From a virus, in IMG/VR virus record IMGVR_UViG_3300049442_000069: DNA of 54,201 nucleotides. One strand, given 5' to 3'. Of the stretch, positions 48,504 to 54,201 are shown piece by piece. The first letter of the stretch is position 1. Each line of letters begins with the position of its first letter. The notes below the pieces were generated by a model, which was not told where the DNA came from, made no database searches, and was given only the letters and a program-made list of their open reading frames with translations. A program made the position numbers and the translations under genes.

Positions 48504-50209
48504 TTGCTGTTTACCCATTCTGCACACGCGATGAAGACCAGGCGTTTAAGAACGCGCGTTGGTTCAACGAACTCGGAGGCTGTCAGGGCCATGAAGTTGT
48601 CTGCTGCTACGATCCCCGGTGTGACGCGCAGCTCGTAGAGAAGATCGGCCTTGAGTTGCTCAAGGCTTTCACGAAGGTTTACCGTCTCCCGGCGCAAGCC
48701 GAGATTGACGGCTGGCCACAGGGCGCGAATTACCTGTTCCGGTATGCCGCCACATGGTTACAGGCCAAGCCGCAATACGATCACTACCTCTGGCTTGAGC
48801 CGGATGCCATCCCAATAACCCCGGGGTGGATGGACGCGCTGGAGGCAGAATACAAACGCGGCAAGAAGCCTTTCATGGGCGAGCGCGTGGATCTCGGAAC
48901 CGCGCGGCCTGATGTGCCAGTCCACATGTCCGGGATAGGCATCTATCAGAACCCGATCTACCTGCTGGCCGGTGAGTGCTACCGCGCCAACGATGTTGCG
49001 TGGGACATCGCCGCCAAGGACCAGATCATTCCACATGCCCATTTCACCAGCATGATTCAGCACTACTGGAAGCACGGCACTTTCACCCATGCCATGGAAG
49101 TCAGGCCGGAGACTGTGATCTTCCATTCCTCAAAAGATGGAAGCCTGATCGACGTTCTGCGGAAAAAGGCTGCGCCGGACCTTAATACAAACTCCGTGGA
49201 GACGGAACCGACGAGTGGGCAACCCTCGCGTGAAGAAATCGGGACTCTCCCGGCGCAGCCCATCCGGAAACTTCGTGGTGACATTTGGGTGCTGGAGGGT
49301 GATAAGATCATCAGCGAACAGGTGGTGCAGCATGGACGCCTTGATTTTGATACCCTCATTCCTTACGTCACATCACTCATCAGACCCGGTGATACCGTGG
49401 TTGATGTTGGTGCTTTTATTGGGGATCATACTGTTGCGTATTCTCACGCGGTAGGCAAAGCCGGGAAGGTGATGGCCTACGAGCCTAACCCCAATGCGTT
49501 CAAGTGCCTCGTTCACAACACAAATGGCATGTCGAATGTCTTTGGGTTTTGTCACGCATTGGGAGCGTCGGATGGCATAGCAGGACTGGTAGGAGAACAT
49601 GCCTCAAGCTACATCTCTCATAACAACGAGGAACGAGGCCCGATCATTCAGGTCAGGCGACTCGACATTGACGCTTCTCTATTCGGGCAACTCGATCTCA
49701 TTAAGATGGACGTTGAGGGCTATGAACTGAACGCTCTCAAAGGTATGGAGCTGCTCATCGAGAAGTTTCATCCGAAGATGGTAATTGAGATCAACGAAAT
49801 TGCTCTCAAGCGGCAGAACACTACGGCGGAAGATCTTATTAGTTGGATTGTTCGCCATGGATATGATGTCAGTGTCCTGCACCGCCATGGTCCAGACGTT
49901 CCATTCTATGATATTTTGGCCCTCGCCAAACAACCACCGGAGATTTCCAGCGGCGTCGGGGTTGCCCACACTGACGAATCGCTCGCCGTCGCGCCTCCGG
50001 TGGCTGCCCCTTTTAAGCCCACCCTAAAGGAAGAAATCGAATGGCACGTTGGAGTGCTAAAACAACTCTGTGAATCCGCGCCTCAAACGAAAGCTGTGGT
50101 TATGCAAAAGCTGGTGTATGCTGGTCTTAGACTACCTAACAAGAAAACCAAACATGCAAAATCCAAGACTCATAAGTCAACCAACGGGAGCGGTGGGGCC
50201 GCTGCTTAA
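48500..50209 (+). CDS. Two-domain enzyme: N-terminal GT-A-like (putative glycosyltransferase) domain + C-terminal FkbM-family SAM methyltransferase
   Basis: Track ORF of 569 aa. FkbM-type motifs are VVDVGAFIGDHTVAY and LIKMDVEGYELNALKG. The N-terminal half has YLWLEPDAIP (ExD-like) and VHMSGIGIY. Confidence 0.6.
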   Translation: MIAVYPFCTRDEDQAFKNARWFNELGGCQGHEVVCCYDPRCDAQLVEKIGLELLKAFTKVYRLPAQAEIDGWPQGANYLFRYAATWLQAKPQYDHYLWLEPDAIPITPGWMDALEAEYKRGKKPFMGERVDLGTARPDVPVHMSGIGIYQNPIYLLAGECYRANDVAWDIAAKDQIIPHAHFTSMIQHYWKHGTFTHAMEVRPETVIFHSSKDGSLIDVLRKKAAPDLNTNSVETEPTSGQPSREEIGTLPAQPIRKLRGDIWVLEGDKIISEQVVQHGRLDFDTLIPYVTSLIRPGDTVVDVGAFIGDHTVAYSHAVGKAGKVMAYEPNPNAFKCLVHNTNGMSNVFGFCHALGASDGIAGLVGEHASSYISHNNEERGPIIQVRRLDIDASLFGQLDLIKMDVEGYELNALKGMELLIEKFHPKMVIEINEIALKRQNTTAEDLISWIVRHGYDVSVLHRHGPDVPFYDILALAKQPPEISSGVGVAHTDESLAVAPPVAAPFKPTLKEEIEWHVGVLKQLCESAPQTKAVVMQKLVYAGLRLPNKKTKHAKSKTHKSTNGSGGAAA

Positions 50210-50246
50210 AAACGCCAAGCCTGACGGAACCTGGGACTACAAGCCT

Positions 50247-50726
50247 TTACCCCGCAGGTTCAAGCTTGTAAGTCTTCCCGTCAACAACGGCGGGAACGTC
50301 CGGCCATAGCTCGTAGAGATAGATTCGATTAGTATCCCCGGAGTTGTGGGTTGTCTTCGGGTTGAGTATCTGCGACAGGCAGTAGGCAGTTTCGCCTGTC
50401 TTGTCGTCGGGACCGATCTCTCCAATCACACCCATGCTCATCACGCCGGTCAGCAGATTGGTGGCGCGGCCCTGGCAGCCCATAACCACTCCAGGCACCA
50501 TCGCCCTGATCTGAGGCGGAATAACGATGTATTTATCCACATCGGCGTTGAGAAATTTTCCCCCGTTGTAGTAAGCTGTCTGCGACTGGTGAAACTGGTC
50601 GTCGTAGTCGGGGCCGCTTCCGTCATTGCAAACATCAAGGTCGCTCCGGAACCAGAGGTAACGGCCACAGGCAAATTCGTAGATGGTGACTGGTGGGATG
50701 ATGAGCAGTTCATTGAAGTGGTCCAT
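50247..50726 (-). CDS. GH75-like (chitosanase-family) glycoside hydrolase: candidate lysin or depolymerase
   Basis: Track ORF of 159 aa. The motif order is LDVCNDGSGPDYDD, QSQTAY, LNADVDKYIVIP, VIGEIGPDDKTGE. This matches the order in fungal GH75 enzymes (DIDCDG...QSQT...LNA..PYVV...GD...GE). Confidence 0.55.
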   Translation of the reverse strand: MDHFNELLIIPPVTIYEFACGRYLWFRSDLDVCNDGSGPDYDDQFHQSQTAYYNGGKFLNADVDKYIVIPPQIRAMVPGVVMGCQGRATNLLTGVMSMGVIGEIGPDDKTGETAYCLSQILNPKTTHNSGDTNRIYLYELWPDVPAVVDGKTYKLEPAG

Positions 50727-50731
50727 GGTGT

Positions 50732-52339
50732 TTATCCTGAGTAAACGGGACGTTTCCCTTTCCCGCGTGAACCTTTCGGTTCGGTGCTTGGCTTGTAGTA
50801 ATGCGCTCCGAGCATTGCTGGAATCATAACAAAGACAGCATTCCTGAGTGACCTTAGCACCTTGGCGTTGAACTCCTCTGGAACCCCGGTCTGATCGGCC
50901 ATGCTCTTGGAGAATTCATGGATGCCTTCCTCTGTGAAGATTGGGCCGAGTTCAGCGGTAACAAACTCCGCCCAGTGATAGAAGTCATTGGGTGCGTTCC
51001 CGAATGGAGCCGGAACATCGGTGCCTCCAAAGCCATAACCTTTCATCATTGTGCCCACGAAGTTGATGAACGGATGCACTTTCCCCAGGGCATAGTTTCC
51101 AAAGATGGTGGGAGCCTGCTTTGGATTCATTGCCATTCTCACCACGGTTCGGATCATCGACGTCTCGCCGCCGGTAGGATTGAGGATGCTTCCGTCCGGT
51201 GCTTTGATAGATGCCCAGTCCGGGGAATCGAAATCACCCACGTTCACGTTCTCGTCGCTGCCAAAGAAGTGCTTGAGCAACATCTGATTCAATAACAGGA
51301 TGGAACTTCCCACTGCGGCTATGCGAATCCACTGCCGGACATTGTAACCCGCGATGTAACGCGCCTCCGGGCTGGCATCCGACCACACCTTTCTGAGTGT
51401 GTCGCCAATCACGGGCAACTTATTCAGGTTATGTCGGGCCAGGATCTGAGATGACTGAAGCAGATCGACAGGCCGCATCACACGCGCGACATCCAGGGAG
51501 GGAGCGAACTCAATACCCCGGGCAGCCTTGCCGAATTTTCCAGAGAGAGCCAGTGCCGCAGAAGGACCAGGCGCACCAGTCATGTGATTCACATAAGTTG
51601 ACGCCCTTTTCCGCAGCTCATCCGTCTTCAGATGCTCCGGTGCGCCATCCATGACAGCATCCCAGCCGAAACCCCGGAGTTCTTTCAGCCCCAGGAAGCT
51701 GTGACTGAGCATTCGTCCTATCTTCCCGAAGAATCCTGCCCGGTGCTGAACGTCATCGTAGATCTTGCGCGGATCGGCAGCCAGACCGCTGGTGATTTTC
51801 TCGTCAAACCTGGGGTCGAGCATGATGCGCTGACCAATGGCGCGAGCCTGGGATTCACTCATCGACTTGATGGAGTCCACCCATGTCTTCCCGAAGCCCT
51901 TCCACATCACAGGGTCGAAAGCATACGGCCATGCGTGAGTGCCGTGCAGTGCCGTGGAGTGACCGAAGACCTTGAGGGAATACGGAGCCTGGTAAGCACC
52001 AGTGAAGAATCTGTTGAGTGGCGACTTCTCGGTGCCTGCCACGAAATCCCTGGCCTGACGCAGCATCTGCTGCCTGTTGCGGTCAGCCAGTAGAAGGTTT
52101 TTACTCCGGGGTTTCACCGCCTTTGGTGTCGCCAGCACCTTTGCCACCTCCTCCGGGACCATGCGAACCCCGGTCCTTTTGTAGATGTCATCCGAAAGCC
52201 TGGTGGTTAGCTCCTTGAAATCCGGGTAGCCATATCTTCCCGGCTGCTTCAGGTATTTCTCCTTGGCGTAATCCCAGAGTTCCTTGGCATCCCTGATGGT
52301 ATAACAAGGCGAGACTGAGATGCTTGGGACGGTAGGCAT
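50732..52339 (-). CDS. Hypothetical large virion protein (candidate internal protein)
   Basis: Track ORF of 535 aa. Its ATG overlaps the TAA of the giant ORF (TAATG). Confidence 0.65.
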   Translation of the reverse strand: MPTVPSISVSPCYTIRDAKELWDYAKEKYLKQPGRYGYPDFKELTTRLSDDIYKRTGVRMVPEEVAKVLATPKAVKPRSKNLLLADRNRQQMLRQARDFVAGTEKSPLNRFFTGAYQAPYSLKVFGHSTALHGTHAWPYAFDPVMWKGFGKTWVDSIKSMSESQARAIGQRIMLDPRFDEKITSGLAADPRKIYDDVQHRAGFFGKIGRMLSHSFLGLKELRGFGWDAVMDGAPEHLKTDELRKRASTYVNHMTGAPGPSAALALSGKFGKAARGIEFAPSLDVARVMRPVDLLQSSQILARHNLNKLPVIGDTLRKVWSDASPEARYIAGYNVRQWIRIAAVGSSILLLNQMLLKHFFGSDENVNVGDFDSPDWASIKAPDGSILNPTGGETSMIRTVVRMAMNPKQAPTIFGNYALGKVHPFINFVGTMMKGYGFGGTDVPAPFGNAPNDFYHWAEFVTAELGPIFTEEGIHEFSKSMADQTGVPEEFNAKVLRSLRNAVFVMIPAMLGAHYYKPSTEPKGSRGKGKRPVYSG

Positions 52340-54201
52340 TAGCAGGGCTTTCTCTTTTTGCTGATTCCCTTGGTGGCAGTGTCGATGGTGGCCGGACCCT
52401 TGCGGTCAGTCTTAATCCTGCCCAGCTCATTGTCGATCGAATTATACAGCTCGGCGGTATCCTTCATGTATTGCGACTGGGCCTTGGTGGTCTTATCGGC
52501 AATCTGCCTGGCTTCAGCTTCTTCAGGCACCATTGATTCCCGGCCTCTTATCTCCCTGAATCGACGCATAAGCCCGGTGAAGGATGACGCCGTGCGCGGG
52601 TCAATGGGTGCAGATCCATCGAGAGTCTTCAGGGTGTCCCGGGCCACGGCATCCATGGGACGATAAGCATTGGTGAAATCCTCCTCTGCTCTCTGAGCTG
52701 CGTTGAATTTCCTTTCCAGATCCGCATCATGCGGGTGCTTCATCAGCGCATCACCGGCCTCATTAGTGGCTGCCTGTAGGTCGTCCAGATGTGCCCGGGC
52801 CTTCCCCATGTCAGCGGCAGTCACCTTCCCGGTCTTGTGAAAATTATCGACCACACCCTTGATGTCGCCTCCTGCGGCCAGCCATTCCCTGCCTTGGGTC
52901 AGGGATTCGTGCCACCCGATTGGTGGACGTCGCGGCTCAGTTTCCACGGTGGGAACCGGCTCTTTGGCAGCAACAGCTCTGGTGGTTGGCGACAGAGCCT
53001 CGACCATACGCGAAGGAGTCATGTCTCCTTTGAGGATCATGTCGCGCATCTGAGGGTCCATGTCCCAATGCTTTGCACGATCCGCCAGGCTGCGGAGTTC
53101 AGCCAGCTTATGGGCTACATCGGCCTGATTTTCGACATTGACTCCTAATGCCCGGGCTTTTTCCGGGTGCCGTGCCGCGCCAGCCACGGAACTGATGTGC
53201 TGGTTCAACTCTCTCTGAAGTGCGCTGGCTCTTTTCCCCGCGTCGGCCATGGCTTGCATGGCTGTGTCATCGGATGACAGCAGATCGAGCTGATGTGAGT
53301 GCGGATGACCGCCCAGATTAGCCCGGACACCCCGGATCAAATTGCCGACTGACTGGCCGCTTTCTCCACCAAGGGCGGCCTTTATCCCAACGCGCTGAAG
53401 CCCTTCATTGCCTGGGGCTGCTTCTGCGATCGCTTGAGCCTGCGCGTCGGATATGCGGCCAGACTGGTGTAGTCCAAAGAGCGATTCGCCGCTTCCTCGC
53501 GCGATTGAGAATCCGGCTTTGCCAGTTCCCCGCGCCAGAAGTCCTCTGGACTCGGCTGCTTGCTGCGTGATCCCTGAATTCCTGAAGTAGTTTGCATAAT
53601 CTGCTACGCTCCCCTGGTTGTCTCTGATGTTTAGTTCCGCGTCAAGCCGCGCTGCCTGCCGCGCGTCGAATCCGTTCACCTCGCGGTGGATCTGCGAAGG
53701 GATGGTTTTCTCTCCGGTGCGCTTTGCCAGATCGAACCTGTGCCGTCCGGAAATCAGCTCCAGCTTTCCATTGCGACGCTCCCAGAGCTGCACGGGAGGA
53801 GTTCCAACTCTCTCGTATTTTCCAGCCAGTGGTTCCACCACGCCCTGCTCGTTTGCCCCGGACTTAAACTGGGGCACATCCTTGCTCAAGGAGATCTTGT
53901 TCAGGGGAACCTCTGAGATCGGATAGCCGGTGGCGTGAGTGGCAGTGTCCGGCGGAGCTGGAAGTGCCAGCCGTGGTTTCAGTTTAATGAACTCGCCCTC
54001 GATGTCCGGGGGATTAAGATCCCTGCCAGGAAAAGGATGACCGCGATTCGCTTCATCGAGCATGTCCGGAACTGAAAACGACTGCGGCCTGCCAGCTCTT
54101 TGCTGGAAAAAAGCCTGCGCTTCTTTGAATCGCCTCATTTCCGAGTCGTCTCTCAGGTTGACGAATTGCTCCCATTCCCTGGGAGAAAGCGGAGGGCCGG
54201 A
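52339..54201 (-). CDS. C-terminal part of the 1,977-aa giant ORF (the last 127 nt duplicate 1-127)
   Basis: Track ORF 52339..54138 (599 aa). The frame stays open above the listed Met up to 54201 and continues at base 4198 downwards on the circle. Confidence 0.85.
   Translation of the reverse strand, partial: SGPPLSPREWEQFVNLRDDSEMRRFKEAQAFFQQRAGRPQSFSVPDMLDEANRGHPFPGRDLNPPDIEGEFIKLKPRLALPAPPDTATHATGYPISEVPLNKISLSKDVPQFKSGANEQGVVEPLAGKYERVGTPPVQLWERRNGKLELISGRHRFDLAKRTGEKTIPSQIHREVNGFDARQAARLDAELNIRDNQGSVADYANYFRNSGITQQAAESRGLLARGTGKAGFSIARGSGESLFGLHQSGRISDAQAQAIAEAAPGNEGLQRVGIKAALGGESGQSVGNLIRGVRANLGGHPHSHQLDLLSSDDTAMQAMADAGKRASALQRELNQHISSVAGAARHPEKARALGVNVENQADVAHKLAELRSLADRAKHWDMDPQMRDMILKGDMTPSRMVEALSPTTRAVAAKEPVPTVETEPRRPPIGWHESLTQGREWLAAGGDIKGVVDNFHKTGKVTAADMGKARAHLDDLQAATNEAGDALMKHPHDADLERKFNAAQRAEEDFTNAYRPMDAVARDTLKTLDGSAPIDPRTASSFTGLMRRFREIRGRESMVPEEAEARQIADKTTKAQSQYMKDTAELYNSIDNELGRIKTDRKGPATIDTATKGISKKRKPC
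53614..53922 (-). other. ParB/sulfiredoxin-like (ParBc) domain inside the giant ORF
   Basis: YPISEVPLNKISLSKDVPQFKSG...PPVQLWERRNGKLELISGRHRFDLAKRTGEKTIPSQIH. This is the ParB N-terminal-domain pattern, with a GxxR/ISGRHR box followed by a helix. Confidence 0.6.
54075..54201. repeat. Right copy of the exact 127-bp terminal direct repeat
   Basis: Identical to 1-127, read directly from the sequence. Unique genome length is therefore 54,074 bp. Confidence 0.95.

Overview
The window is a complete dsDNA tailed-phage genome given as a linearised circle. Bases 1-127 and 54075-54201 are identical, so the unique length is 54,074 bp, and an open reading frame runs straight through the junction.

Layout:
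(i) A long minus-strand virion/late operon starts at terS (31259). It runs through terL, a portal-like gene, a scaffold-like gene, a capsid-like gene, LamG-type and collagen-like fibres, a duplicated two-gene fibre cassette, tail-collar and other tail proteins, and a block of cysteine-free presumed internal proteins. It crosses the window junction and ends at 50247.
(ii) A short minus-strand operon (34640 down to 31797) encodes a MoxR-like AAA+ ATPase, an HExxH+vWA protein and zinc-finger miniproteins.
(iii) A plus-strand early/replication arm (35107-50209) holds about 40 mostly small genes, very often joined by ATGA start/stop overlaps. It includes a PD-(D/E)XK nuclease, a wHTH protein, a VirE-N-type primase fused to a RecA-type helicase, and a GT-like/FkbM methyltransferase fusion.

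I recognised no tRNA, CRISPR array, integrase, DNA or RNA polymerase, reverse transcriptase, tape-measure, tail-tube or tail-sheath gene.

Main finding: a 1,977-aa ORF is absent from the supplied ORF track because it crosses the window junction (4198 down to 1, continuing 54074 down to 52339). It carries a thioredoxin-reductase-like FAD/NAD(P) oxidoreductase domain without the redox CxxC, plus a ParB/Srx-like domain. Its only cysteine is the last residue.

Other leads:
- a MoxR/vWA/HExxH module
- three fibre proteins sharing one C-terminal module
- phased iteron arrays upstream of terS and downstream of the helicase
- GATTGC-N9-CAAY operator-like pairs
- promoters placed so that early mRNAs would be leaderless
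- a GH75-like hydrolase as the only lysin candidate

All domain calls are by-eye motif recognition and hand translation. No database search, folding or statistics could be run.
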